A stretch of DNA of 64,000 bases, taken from the IMG/VR virus record IMGVR_UViG_3300033062_002687. The stretch is one strand, 5' to 3'. The notes below the pieces were generated by a model. The model saw only the letters and a list, made by a program, of their open reading frames with translations. It was not told the DNA's origin and searched no databases. Below are positions 32,013-43,288 of this stretch, in pieces; the stretch's first letter is position 1; each line of letters starts with the position of its first letter. A program made the translations under genes and the position numbers. Source of the stretch: a virus. Lineage: Duplodnaviria > Heunggongvirae > Uroviricota > Caudoviricetes.

Positions 32013-33064
32013 TTAATAACCGTTCCTTTCTTGAGATGCATTATCATTCCTTTTTTTATATGAATGACAATATTTTTTCCAAGATTTTTGAAATCACTTG
32101 GAAAAAATAATCCATCTTTAATTATCTCTGCCTTAGTCACCAAATCATATTTCACTTTATTCCTCTGGTTCGTTTTTTGTTGTTTCGACATCTTCATAAT
32201 ACCTCTTAGCTGATATCCAGCGAAAGCATCGCGGACATATTATGCGAATTACCTCATCCTCATTCTCTTCCAAAACAAAGTGTGCTGTTCCGCACTCACA
32301 ACGATAGCTTCTGCTGACCATTAAAATACACCATAATATTTTTTAAGCAATTCCTGGATATCGACTGGAATGCTTTCCCACTTGATCATTCCTACCTTGT
32401 ACTTCTTATACCATGAATGCAGGAGCTTCTTCTGCTGGTCGAATGAAGGAACCTCTGCCTTGTGCAGCTTGACATAATCACTGCAGTCCTTTCTATTCAT
32501 GAAAATGCATTCAAACATATCTCCACCATGCTTCTTGTGAAAGAGATCGGCTGCTGTTGGATTCTCAAAAACGAGGAATGGCTTTCCACTCTTGATATAG
32601 ACACTGCAGGTTTTCATTCGTCGTCACCTTCCCTATTAGCAAGAATCTTGTCTCCCTCGTTTTCTGCAATTGCTGTCTCGATAGCTTTATCATTCTCCAT
32701 GTCAATATCGCTTGCATAATCCCTGCAAGTCCTGTATATCTCTTTCTTAAGATTATCAGGAATGTTGTTGAAATTCTTTCCGACTGTCCTCTTGAGATTT
32801 GTAATCATGCCTGTCAATCCGTTATAACTAATTTTTTTCATTAAGCTTCACCTCGTCTTTAAGATCAGTATAAAGCCATGCGGCATCTGTTGCCACGATA
32901 TAATATGCGCAACGGATCTTATAGATAATATCATTGTCTGTCAGCAAAGAGATAAAATCATCCCAGCTATCTATCGTGATAATATCCTTTCCCTGGAACT
33001 CCATGTTCTCACATTCGATTACTTTTATTTTTTTATTCACCATCAAGTATTTCATAGTCATCAC

Positions 33065-33436
33065 CTATTTCTGTATTCGTATTCCTTTTTCTAAAGCATA
33101 ACTGATATCCTGTAGACTTTTCAAAAGCTCTTCCCTGAATTTGTCTTCAGCATATTCCCGACCACCATAATCAGTTGGAATTGATGCTTCAGATTTTAAA
33201 ATATCAACAAAGAGACCATAAGCATCATCCTTAAACTGCATATTGAAATCTGAATCGTGGTCATCGAGTTCGTCATATTCATTTACCATTTCCTGCATCT
33301 TTTCCAATATAGCTTTGTTAATCATCTGAATCCTCCTTACCTGAGACTTCCTCGAGATACTTTCCATGAACAAGGTTAATAAGCTCCTGAGTCTCTGTCT
33401 CCTCGAAAGGAGCATATGGATCACGAGGAAGCCCAT
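33065..33436 (-). CDS. hypothetical acidic protein
   Basis: ORF of 123 aa. Confidence 0.35.
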   Translation of the reverse strand: MGFLVIHMLLSRRQRLRSLLTLFMESISRKSQVRRIQMINKAILEKMQEMVNEYDELDDHDSDFNMQFKDDAYGLFVDILKSEASIPTDYGGREYAEDKFREELLKSLQDISYALEKGIRIQK

Positions 33437-33679
33437 TTACATTAATCTGGTGATCCAAAATGTTCTGGTATAGCTTCTTTATTTTTTCAGGTTCTTTTTT
33501 AATTGCCATCTTGTTTCCTCATTGGTTTAAGACTTGCTCTATGTCACTTACTATAGCTCTCTGCATTTTTAAGTCCTGCAGGGTAACTCTATAGCCTTTT
33601 GAACTCAGCTTCTGCTGTAAGTTCACAACATCATTTTCACTTAGATCTGAGAACCTCTTGTAGATTCTTCTGACATTTC

Positions 33680-34333
33680 CTACCATCCCTCGACCCCTCC
33701 ATTGTCTATATCTTTCTTATCTGCCTGATCTGAGATAGCATCAGGCTTAACGTAATCAGAATGAACTCGCTGCCTCTTTTTTGGAATCACCCTGATAGCT
33801 CCTTTCTTTTTTGGAGTTGATTCTTCATCCTCATCTTCTGGTAAATCTTCTTCTAATCTTCTTTCCTCCTCTTTCGTTCTCGCAAGATATTCTTCTGCAG
33901 TCTCCCCTTCATTAACTCCAGAATCCCATTGCTTTCTTTTCCTGATGATAGAAGAGATTCCTTTTATGAGAATGAATGCAGCTGCAAGAAATGCAATTAT
34001 TCCTATTAATACATTATACGAAGATTTATCAGCTAAAATATAACCCTCTGTTATGAGATCAGCCTTACTCATGTATCCCATCTTGAGAACAACACCTGAA
34101 CAAACGATATCGATTGCAAACCATCCTTCTGCATTCTTACAAAACATCTTAGTTGATGTTGTATCAGAACTTAGCCATTCAAGTTTGCAATCTTGTTCCT
34201 GAGAAATCTTGTAAGCAGCCTCGTACATATCTGGACAATCTCCTCTTTGTTCAAGACCTGTCTTATCGTCTACAGCATACACGACTGCAGACAAAATACA
34301 CAATATCAAAATTACAATAAGTGATTTGCTCAT
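33680..34333 (-). CDS. membrane protein (signal peptide, periplasmic Cys-containing domain, TM, acidic cytoplasmic tail)
   Basis: N-terminal signal, later TM (VLIGIIAFLAAAFILIKGI), Glu-rich tail. Confidence 0.45.
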   Translation of the reverse strand: MSKSLIVILILCILSAVVYAVDDKTGLEQRGDCPDMYEAAYKISQEQDCKLEWLSSDTTSTKMFCKNAEGWFAIDIVCSGVVLKMGYMSKADLITEGYILADKSSYNVLIGIIAFLAAAFILIKGISSIIRKRKQWDSGVNEGETAEEYLARTKEEERRLEEDLPEDEDEESTPKKKGAIRVIPKKRQRVHSDYVKPDAISDQADKKDIDNGGVEGW

Positions 34334-34626
34334 TTCTTCACCGTCTTTAATTTCTCGACATTGGGAATGTTCTTTAGTTTAGTATCATAGATTTCCATCA
34401 TGCGTGTATCACCGACCATTTCAGCAAATCCCCGCATCTTTTGAAGATGAATAAATTCCTTGCAAGGCTTGCAGACCATCCACCAGCTGTCTTTAGCTTT
34501 CCAATCAATATCAGACCCCATATCTAAATTAGGGTTGGCTATCTTCTCTGTTCCCTCTGCCTCACCACAGAACTCACAATGTTCATTTCCACATATTTTG
34601 CAGTTAGTCATTATCATCATCTCCAC
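34330..34626 (-). CDS. zinc-ribbon protein
   Basis: CKICGNEHCEFCG...CKPC. Confidence 0.4.
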   Translation of the reverse strand: MEMMIMTNCKICGNEHCEFCGEAEGTEKIANPNLDMGSDIDWKAKDSWWMVCKPCKEFIHLQKMRGFAEMVGDTRMMEIYDTKLKNIPNVEKLKTVKK

Positions 34627-34906
34627 AATACCAGCTATGTTCTTTTATTTCATCAAAGATCTCGCTAGTTGCATTACAAGTTGGACAATGATATATTGTT
34701 TTCTTTTTCATTTGTCAAACACCAATCCGATAATTCCTACAACCAGTCCTATGAAAGCAACTGCCAACACAATTAAGACGATGCCTCCTGTTATTATGGA
34801 AGGAAACCATGTAGCCCACCAAGGCATTGGCTTGTTGAATCCGTATCTCAAGACGAGCATAAGACATTGAATAGTTATGTATGAAAGATGGATTCCTGGT
34901 TCTTTT

Positions 34907-34950
34907 AAAGAGCCAAATGTTTTAGCTTCTTTCTTTATTTCTGACACTCG
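34907..34950. repeat. 44-nt exact repeat, copy 1 (ttaaagagccaaatgttttagcttctttctttatttctgacact)
   Basis: Identical 44-mer at 53057-53100; in both places it spans the stop codon of an unrelated gene in a different frame. Confidence 0.8.
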
Positions 34951-35321
34951 CCTTCGCCTCCTTTCATCTTCCTGTCTTCTGAACTCTTCTTCTCTGATTG
35001 AATATAACAGGAGTTCAGACGCTTCTTCTTTGATCTTCTCATAGCGTCCCGGAAATAATTTGGACGATCCTTTCTGATCCGCTTCATCGCTTCCCGATTT
35101 TTGCATTTTCTTTTCATCCCCTGGATAAGATCCAATTCCTTGATTGCATATTCGGCATCTGTTTCCCTTTGCCTGTTAAGCCAATCATGATAGGCTTCAA
35201 GCGCCTTGCTCCTTTCAAACTTCGGCAATGTATCAAGCAGATCCTTTGTTATTGGCTGTATTTCGAAATTGTACTTGCTCCAATCTGTCTCTTTCCTTCT
35301 GCTAATTCTTCCACCTTCCAT
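34935..35321 (-). CDS. hypothetical basic protein (128 aa)
   Basis: 3' end lies inside the 44-nt repeat. Confidence 0.4.
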   Translation of the reverse strand: MEGGRISRRKETDWSKYNFEIQPITKDLLDTLPKFERSKALEAYHDWLNRQRETDAEYAIKELDLIQGMKRKCKNREAMKRIRKDRPNYFRDAMRRSKKKRLNSCYIQSEKKSSEDRKMKGGEGECQK

Positions 35322-35387
35322 CTGTTATGATATTGTTTATACTCTGGATATTCTCCTCTGCAATATCTTTTATATCTTTCAATCAAT

Positions 35388-35828
35388 TCAGCGTAATTCA
35401 TTTGCATCCTCCTTAAACACGTCCCATATTGTTGAAAATTCCTTAGTCTCGTCTGATGTTATATCCTCACGATCAGTAATAACTATATCACCACTTTCTG
35501 TCTTGCTGAATTTATTTATAATCACATGAAGCGGCTTTCCTTTCTGAACATGATTAATTACCAATGCCTCTGTTTTATTTGATTTGTTATGCTCCTTATC
35601 AATCATAGTAATCCATGCTTCGAGAATTACATAATATGATTCTGATTTAAAATCTGACACTAATCTTCTCAGCGCATTTATTACCTGCTGCTTGGAAGAT
35701 TCATCCTCGATAGGCATCGCTATGATGTTAATCTTTCCATCACCGCCAATGATAACTGTTTGTGGAAGATGATATTTTTGATGTTTCAAAACATCTATTG
35801 CAGTTGATTCTACATTTTGTGTGTTCAT
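35388..35828 (-). CDS. hypothetical protein (146 aa)
   Basis: ORF with GGAGGATG start context. Confidence 0.4.
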   Translation of the reverse strand: MNTQNVESTAIDVLKHQKYHLPQTVIIGGDGKINIIAMPIEDESSKQQVINALRRLVSDFKSESYYVILEAWITMIDKEHNKSNKTEALVINHVQKGKPLHVIINKFSKTESGDIVITDREDITSDETKEFSTIWDVFKEDANELR

Positions 35829-35831
35829 TTG

Positions 35832-36479
35832 TCAGCCCTCGACTTCTTTATGACGAGCACCTGTATGCCAATCATACATGTCCTTTCTGAGCTTTCCCAT
35901 CTTGCCTGTTGAAGGCTGAACAAAAACAACACCTTCGACAAATCCATTTTTCATTATCTCGTCGCGCTTAGTGTTATCTGCATGCAGCATCAGATTGTAA
36001 AGAGGCATCAATGTCTTTAACCATTCTGACATAGATTCAAATGTCTTGGGATATTTCCCCCAGCTTTTGAATGCAAGATGCTTTCTACAGAATGTTTCGA
36101 AAGGAATCCATCTATGCTCCTTGAGATTATAAGGATTACCATTTATCTTTGGTCCGATAAGCTCACCAAAATGCTGACCATCTGGTAAGAATTCCATGTA
36201 ACCTTTTTCATATGAATTAAGAACACCTTCAATGATATACTTCTTGCCTTTGTTAAAGAAAGGAATCCTTTCTGTTCGATTCCAGACACTGGTAATAACT
36301 CCATCTTGGATTAAGATAGAAACATTAGTTCCATGAAGTTTTTCAGTGGCAAGCACGGTAGGATCATTGAATACCCAATCATATCCTTCGGTTATCTCAT
36401 TAGTTACAAGATATGCTCCATCAATAACCTTTCGCACAAATGGCGAATCCATTTTAGGCATGTCGTGAATTTCTATCAT
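35832..36479 (-). CDS. ATP-dependent RNA ligase, Rnl2-like minimal nucleotidyltransferase
   Basis: Motif I EKLHGTN (T4 Rnl2 KIHGTN); motif III HFGELIG; motif IV FVEGVVFVQ; motif V KMGKLRK. Confidence 0.6.
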   Translation of the reverse strand: MIEIHDMPKMDSPFVRKVIDGAYLVTNEITEGYDWVFNDPTVLATEKLHGTNVSILIQDGVITSVWNRTERIPFFNKGKKYIIEGVLNSYEKGYMEFLPDGQHFGELIGPKINGNPYNLKEHRWIPFETFCRKHLAFKSWGKYPKTFESMSEWLKTLMPLYNLMLHADNTKRDEIMKNGFVEGVVFVQPSTGKMGKLRKDMYDWHTGARHKEVEG

Positions 36480-37291
36480 TTGTCCGCCTCCACTTCTTTA
36501 GTTATACCCTTAAATGTTGGCATGCGCAATGCACCATTTGATGCCTTGCTGAGATATTGTATTGTCAATTCTGCAGAACCTGATTCATCTATCAGGCGCT
36601 TTACTTTACTGTGCATGCTGCCTGCGACAAGAACTCTGATTCCTTTCTTGTTTGTTACTGTAATGCCTGCAGAATTGGCTTCGTAGCCATCAAAGACGAT
36701 TGAGCTCTCCTTCCAACATTTGACTTTGAGCCAGTCGGTTGACCGCTTGCCTTCATGATAGATTGATCCAGGACGCTTGAGAACTATACCTTCCTTCTTG
36801 TTCTCTTTCATAATCCTAAAGAAGTTTTCTGGATCATTAAATGAACCGATGTATTTTATGTTGTTTCCGAAGAAAAACCTAAGCTCCATTATATTCGACT
36901 GACGCTCTTCATAGGTGCAGATACGAAGCTCATTGTTATCTACTTCTAAGCAATCAAAGATGCAGAATTTTACTGGAAGGCATTTTGCAAGGATGCTGAT
37001 TCTTCCCGGGTTATTGTTAAGATCCCGTGTGAGAACATCTGTAAAGACTTCGGACTTTGCAACGATCTCGCCGTCAAAGATGAAGTGCTTGTCGCACGGC
37101 GTGATGCATTCCTTTAGCTCAGGATACCTGTGCGTGATATCAACACCTCTCCTGTTTGTTATCTTTATTGCACCGTGGTTGTATTCCAGGATCGCTCGAA
37201 TACCGTCCTTCTTTTCCTGGCATTGCCATTCCTTGTACTTTGGCAAATCACTTTCCTTAATTTCCGAACACAACATTGGTTGGACGCTCAT
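36476..37291 (-). CDS. ATP-dependent DNA ligase (minimal, 271 aa)
   Basis: Motif I KKDGIRAI; motif III FIFDGEIV; motif IV EGIVLKRP; motif V DWLKVK. Size like Chlorella-virus/T7-type ligases. Confidence 0.8.
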   Translation of the reverse strand: MSVQPMLCSEIKESDLPKYKEWQCQEKKDGIRAILEYNHGAIKITNRRGVDITHRYPELKECITPCDKHFIFDGEIVAKSEVFTDVLTRDLNNNPGRISILAKCLPVKFCIFDCLEVDNNELRICTYEERQSNIMELRFFFGNNIKYIGSFNDPENFFRIMKENKKEGIVLKRPGSIYHEGKRSTDWLKVKCWKESSIVFDGYEANSAGITVTNKKGIRVLVAGSMHSKVKRLIDESGSAELTIQYLSKASNGALRMPTFKGITKEVEADK

Positions 37292-38378
37292 TTGTTTTGT
37301 TCACCCTCTAAGTTATTATTTGATTTACTTCAAAGTTTATAAATGTTTCGAAAAGATTTATAAAGGTTTATTCCTCCTTTTCGTTACTGGGAGAAAGCAA
37401 ATCTCCATTGCCAAATACCCTGAATCTATCCAGCATCCTTTCCTATCGACTGAGATATAGTCATGTCATTTAACTTGGACAAGATGAATAATTCCTTGAA
37501 GTATGCTCCTGAGTATTCCCTTCATCCATTTCCTTCATGGTTACTAATTTAGTCATTATGTTCATCTCGTTATTCAATTTTTATTCCTAATTTTTTACAT
37601 TCCTCCCTGTTAAGAATATGAAAGTCTTTCTTGTCCAAGAGATACCAGCAATTTGAAAATATTTCTTTATGAGGATGCTCTTCATCAAAATGATCTCCAA
37701 GAGTTATCTGACAATAAACCTTGTAGTAATTCTTCCTTGTCAGGATCCTCAAATGATCTGCTTCTGCATAGCCGCCATTAAGCATACTCTTTCCACTCGA
37801 ATATAACTCATACATCTCAATTGCACTTCGCATTTTTCCTGCTTTAGTTTGTCTTGCAATTTTTATCACCCTTTCTTATAAGAACATTGTTTTCAACTAC
37901 ACGCCCGCAATTATTGCATTCAAATCCTGAATCACCTTCATGATACCATACACTTGTATCATTACTACCGCAGCCAGAACAACGCGTTATTTCGGTCCTC
38001 ATCATCTTGCATTACCTTTTTTTTGTAAGTTTGTCATGAACCATGCTCACCATTTCGTCCCAATCAAAATCATCAGGAGTCAATCCATCCTTCCTGATTT
38101 CACCCATTACAGACTCATAAGCGTGGATGATTTTTCCAACAGCATCTTTTCTTATTTTCATTGAGTTCACCAATCACGATTTTCGAATATCTTGTCAAAG
38201 CATTCCTTGCAATAAAAGAAATAAGATTTCTCTCCTACCTTTCTCATCTTGCATGCCGGTTTGTTACAAGCTACACATTCCATTTTCACACATCCAAATT
38301 TATATACTGCATTTCCCTGCAGAGACAATCTATCTTATCTTCATTGATAGATATCTGCTAATCTTACTTGCATTTTAT

Positions 38379-38879
38379 TCACCAGCTCGAATGATATTCA
38401 AAATTCCATTCGTCAGGAAGCTTTAAACACTTGTCAATTATTTGGACTGTATCCTGCAAAGTTTCAAAATACCAGTCATCAAGATCTTCACCACCAAAAA
38501 AGAATCCTTTTTGAGGAGGCAATAATTTCTGTGCCTGTGATTTATTCTTCAGGACAGATTCGCAAAGTTCCTTTAGCTCTATCAATTGTTTTCTGCTGAC
38601 ATAATATGTCCCGCAATTATCTGTTCCGTCTTGTGCATTTTCTACAAACCATCCATGAATTGCGTTAGCCTTCCTCCAGTATCCTACCTCGAAAACAACT
38701 TCAATATAATCCAGATTACCCGATTTAAATATCTCTGGAAATATCTTTCTTATTTTATCTGCTTTTATCGTCTCTAATAAATTATTTTTACTCAAATATA
38801 TCTTTGCTGTTAAATACATATCTAATCCCATTGTTATTACCTCACATATTTTTTTCCTGTGCCATGCGGTGGAAACCAC
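38379..38879 (-). CDS. hypothetical protein (166 aa)
   Basis: ORF. Confidence 0.35.
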   Translation of the reverse strand: MVSTAWHRKKICEVITMGLDMYLTAKIYLSKNNLLETIKADKIRKIFPEIFKSGNLDYIEVVFEVGYWRKANAIHGWFVENAQDGTDNCGTYYVSRKQLIELKELCESVLKNKSQAQKLLPPQKGFFFGGEDLDDWYFETLQDTVQIIDKCLKLPDEWNFEYHSSW

Positions 38880-39508
38880 ACGTCACCTATCTTCTGCGTA
38901 CAGAAGGTACAATCCTGAATGCATTTGTGACTCATCTTCTTGAGATTAAATGAGGCTGCGCATTGCACTGCACCCTTTGGCTTTTCTTTTGATGTAACTG
39001 CAACAGGCATTCCGTCAATGAACTTTTCTGTCGATAAATCAATTGAATACCTGATTGCAAAGTTAGGAAGCTTCATTGCTTCTGAAAAATCAAGCTGATA
39101 GCTCTTAGTATATCCATAGAACATTCTATCAGGACAAGCTCTCATTATCGTAATCCACTTATTAAGGTATTCCTGACTAAAGAAGTCACCAGCTTCATGT
39201 ACCCTGATAAATTTTAATTTTGATTTCCCGATATCAGCAATCATGTTTGGAACAAAATTGTCCTTGAGGCTGCTGACATAGTTTCTGAATCTGCTTGTCT
39301 GAACATTTGCACTCCATGTTCTTTCTGCAGCCTTTGCATAACAATACATGTCGCAGTCAATTGTTTTTCCCGGACAGGTTATTCCGCATGGAAGATTCCA
39401 TATCAGAGCTCCTTTTATCTTGTGGTTATTTCTTTTTAGCACGCACATCACCGTATCGTTTTCTTTCTTTCCATTCATCCTTAAGAACATCCTGTACCCT
39501 TGCAACAA
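38837..39508 (-). CDS. Cys-rich hypothetical protein (223 aa)
   Basis: CGITCPGKTIDCDMYCYA...CIQDCTFC. Confidence 0.4.
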   Translation of the reverse strand: MLQGYRMFLRMNGKKENDTVMCVLKRNNHKIKGALIWNLPCGITCPGKTIDCDMYCYAKAAERTWSANVQTSRFRNYVSSLKDNFVPNMIADIGKSKLKFIRVHEAGDFFSQEYLNKWITIMRACPDRMFYGYTKSYQLDFSEAMKLPNFAIRYSIDLSTEKFIDGMPVAVTSKEKPKGAVQCAASFNLKKMSHKCIQDCTFCTQKIGDVWFPPHGTGKKYVR

Positions 39509-40584
39509 CCTGAATCAGATTATATAATTCAATATCTTTTAGCTCGATAGGATATCCTTGGAATCGAATAAGATTTCCTTTACCTGACTTGATAATACAT
39601 TGTCCTCTATCATTGAAAGTTACTTCTGCCATTATCTCAATTCCTCTTTGATTGATTTTAAAATATCATCGCTCTTATAGTTTCATCTCTGCCATAACTC
39701 CTCTTTGATTGATTTCAAGATATCATCGCTCTTATAGTCTCCTCTTAAGCCAAGAAGTATGAGCCAAGTGATATGCTGAAAATCAACTTCCTCTTCTATG
39801 TTGTGAAAGCAGGAATTGCACGGGCAACCTGCATGCTGAATACCGCATCCTGTCTTCCTTGCAAACAACTCAATTAATCCTTTTGTGAATTGCCTTGTCA
39901 TTTTCTTTTCCTCCTCGCTAGTGCTGTCGAATAATTATTTCTTCTTATTTTGAATTGAATTTTTTTATTGTGGATTCTAAAGTCTGCATCATGAACCAAG
40001 CCACAAGAACAGCATATCATCTTAAAATTTTTACGGACAGGAGTTATCCATTCATCCTCTGGAAGATCTTTGTATTTCATTTTTCATTATCTCGTTTCTT
40101 CGATATAATATAAAGAACCTTACCATCAACATCTTTATTAATGACCAGCTTATATCCATCCTTGATTGTAAATATTACTTGCTCGTTTGATATGAGCTTT
40201 CCGTCTTCTGCCCTGTCTAATGTACGTTCTGTCTGCCACAATTTAATAACTGGCTCTGAATCATCATCCATTAATGAATCTGATTCATATATCTCAAGTT
40301 CCTCATTCCAAAATTGCATGTTCATTTTTTCATCTTCTTCTGAAACACATATTTGTTCAGCCAATAACCAAGCAGGAAATCGATTGGAAGAAACAGCAAT
40401 GTGAATTTCCAATATGAGAATTTAATTATATCAACAGCTATTACTGTGAGAATGAATGTTATTATTCCGTAGCCTGCCCTAACCTTGAGGAACAACCACA
40501 TTTCCCTGATGTTTATTTTGAAAAAGTTTTTCATTTGAATATTCGCTTAAGCAAGCTCAACTAATTTGCTTCGTATGTTGTGTT

Positions 40585-40989
40585 TCATTGAATACTCACT
40601 CCTGACATCATACGATATGATTTATTCTTTTTATTTAGTTCAGGAATATAGTAGTAACCCTTTTTATCCTTCTTGTAAAAGTTCCTTGTTCTTGGAATTT
40701 CTATTTGGGTAAAATGTTCAAAATACATTGCTTCGTTATCTTCATCTACCTCTTCTTTTAGAATAATTGTTTTTGGGTACTTACCGTGACCACAACAACA
40801 GGCAACAATTTTTAATGTATCTATGTAAGGCTTGAGTAGTTTGATTGAACGATTAAAATCCTTAATCTCTTCACGCATACATTTATCTATCTGCGTATTA
40901 CTTGTTCCTTGATAATTTGTTTTTTTACACATATTGAAATCACCTTGACCTGTCACTAAAATGTTTTCTTGCAAACTCGTATCCATCAA
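40585..40989 (-). CDS. hypothetical protein (134 aa)
   Basis: ORF; CCCGHGKYP. Confidence 0.35.
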   Translation of the reverse strand: MMDTSLQENILVTGQGDFNMCKKTNYQGTSNTQIDKCMREEIKDFNRSIKLLKPYIDTLKIVACCCGHGKYPKTIILKEEVDEDNEAMYFEHFTQIEIPRTRNFYKKDKKGYYYIPELNKKNKSYRMMSGVSIQ

Positions 40990-41191
40990 TCACAAGGATG
41001 AGCTCAACCTTATGTTGGGAACGAAGACGCTTCCAAGCATCAAATACAGTTGATGAGGACATACCTATCTTCCTTCCTGTTTTCTTGAAGGAGATATTGA
41101 ATACCACTTTATCAATGTTATCAATCAGCTTGCTCTCTGACCTGGTTATGTTCATCACAAAAGGTTTCTTTTTAAACTTTGGCTTTTTCAT
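40940..41191 (-). CDS. small HTH-like DNA-binding protein
   Basis: RKIGMSSSTVFDAWKRLR. Confidence 0.35.
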   Translation of the reverse strand: MKKPKFKKKPFVMNITRSESKLIDNIDKVVFNISFKKTGRKIGMSSSTVFDAWKRLRSQHKVELILVIDGYEFARKHFSDRSR

Positions 41192-42183
41192 GTAACTTTC
41201 TCCATAATTCGTCTTTTCTAATCCTAAGAATTTTTATTGGCTTACACACAACTATAACATCACTTGATAATTTTTCAGTTGTCAATCCATTATCCCATTT
41301 GATTTTCAACCAGAAGTTTTTACCAGATTGATCAATCTTAGGAAAGATTATAGCTATCAATTCCTTAATTGGATTTGATTTCATTTTGCAGTTTCCCCAC
41401 GAAATAGAATGATGTTGCTACAACTATCCATGACAATAAACAGAGCCATCCGCCAAATACGCCGAATTAAGGGAGCACACCCAGGCTGCTATCAGGATAA
41501 TTACATTCACCAACAATATCTACCAAAAGATGGACAAGAAGAAATTAATTAATTATCTCTCCTTTATCTTGCAATTGTTATTTTGCAATCATCTGGAAAC
41601 AATAGGAGAAGATTGGAAGTAAATTCATTGTATCCCTCTAATATAGCATCACTTAGGAGTTCATTTTTATTCCTCCAATTCTTCTTCTGGAACCAATGGA
41701 CAGAAAGCTGAATCCAACCAAGATAAAATCTTGTCTGCTGTCTGCTTGTCTTTAGCTGATAAACTTTTGCTTTCACATAACCTTTTAATTAATTCATAAG
41801 CTCCCATGCGAATCACCCAAAATAATCTTGTTTGTGACTGCTGAATGTTTTTCCTTTTGGCTTATCCTTTGTCCAACCGGCTTCTGCACTATCACGAGTC
41901 ACTATATTATCCTTTGCAGCTTCTTCTGCCTCACGTTTTCTCATACGCAAGATGTCTACTTCCTTTCTTGCATTGGATTCGAGATGCTTCTGCAATAACT
42001 CCTTAAGCTTCTTGTCCAAGCCAACAAGGATTAAGTCCATATCTGAAAGGGTATTGAACAGCTTGTGCGAGTTGATATTTATTATCACGTCTGTTCCTAT
42101 GGCATGTATCTCTACATTAGGCATCTCTGGCTTATCCTCAAGCACATTCACAACAACCATCTGTTTCATTCCTGGCATCATAT

Positions 42184-42774
42184 TCATTGTTCACCACCTA
42201 TGTCTAATAATTTTTTCAATATCTTAAAGTTTCTTACCTCGGATAAATGAGGATACTGACATTTCTGAAAATATAATTCAGCAACTTGCTTGTATTCGTG
42301 AACCTTTGCCTTGACACTCTTATCGCTTCTAAGACAACAATTTAACGAATAATCATCATTTATGAAATAAAGACTTTTGAAGCTACTTGAATTAGATATA
42401 TTTAATGAAACCCTTTTTGAAGAAATATTATCTGAGACGCTGATAATCGCTTTTATCTTACCATTATCTCTCTGTTCGAACCTTTTATAAATACCATCCT
42501 GCTTGTTACTTGATATCCATTTATTAAACCTTGCTAATCTTTTCTTGGATTTAAGCTCAAGAGCAAACTGAATAAGATTTATCTCATTGTCAAGAGCTTC
42601 TATAATTCCTTCTGATACTTCTGAATTGATGCAAAGACTTGTCATTAGATTCTCAAAAATCTCCTTGTCTTTAAGTAATTTTTTATTGTATTCCTTCAAG
42701 CTTGATTCATCATCATAATCATAACGCCTACGAGTTACGAAATCAAATTCAGAATGCACTCTTGGATGAATCAT
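42184..42774 (-). CDS. hypothetical protein (196 aa)
   Basis: ORF. Confidence 0.4.
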   Translation of the reverse strand: MIHPRVHSEFDFVTRRRYDYDDESSLKEYNKKLLKDKEIFENLMTSLCINSEVSEGIIEALDNEINLIQFALELKSKKRLARFNKWISSNKQDGIYKRFEQRDNGKIKAIISVSDNISSKRVSLNISNSSSFKSLYFINDDYSLNCCLRSDKSVKAKVHEYKQVAELYFQKCQYPHLSEVRNFKILKKLLDIGGEQ

Positions 42775-42955
42775 TCTTCAACCTCTGATAGGTCAATAAA
42801 ACAACTATGCTCGTTCCATCTAAGAGCAGGATTAATATTCTGCTCAACTGTTATTTTTTTACCATCAATAAAAGCATAAGCTATCTTCTCTTTGCAGAAA
42901 GGACATTTATGCAACTTTGGTCTGTAAGGTTTCATTATTACTTCCATTCCTCTTG

Positions 42956-43288
42956 TCATTCTTCCACCTTCGTTAATTCATCTTTTCTCATAAGGTCAGC
43001 CTTGGCTTCGATTTCCTCGTCGATATCGAAATCGATTCCATCATCATCCATTATTTCCTCGGCAAGAATATTGCCTTCATCATCGTAGTCATAAGCTCTC
43101 AGCTTCTTTAATCCGCAATTTGGGCAAGTGAACTGATTAGGAAATCTCTCTTCCATCTCGTCACCACATTCATCGCATTCAATCATTTTTATTCCTCTTA
43201 TTCTCTTCAAGAATCTGATTCGCTGTCTTCCTGCATATTCTGCACATAGGCTCTCCCGGATATATAGGAGCATTGGCAACCTCGTCAT
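42956..43288 (-). CDS. zinc-ribbon protein with acidic tail
   Basis: CDECGDE...CPNCG then DDDGIDFDIDEE. Confidence 0.4.
   Translation of the reverse strand: MTRLPMLLYIRESLCAEYAGRQRIRFLKRIRGIKMIECDECGDEMEERFPNQFTCPNCGLKKLRAYDYDDEGNILAEEIMDDDGIDFDIDEEIEAKADLMRKDELTKVEE

Noticed and set aside
38837-39508. Assigning the Cys-rich 223-aa protein to a named phage family (Gp37/Gp68-like, DUF5131)
   Set aside because: Only a vague memory of a similar Cys pattern; I could not support it from motifs, so it is left as a Cys-rich hypothetical protein.
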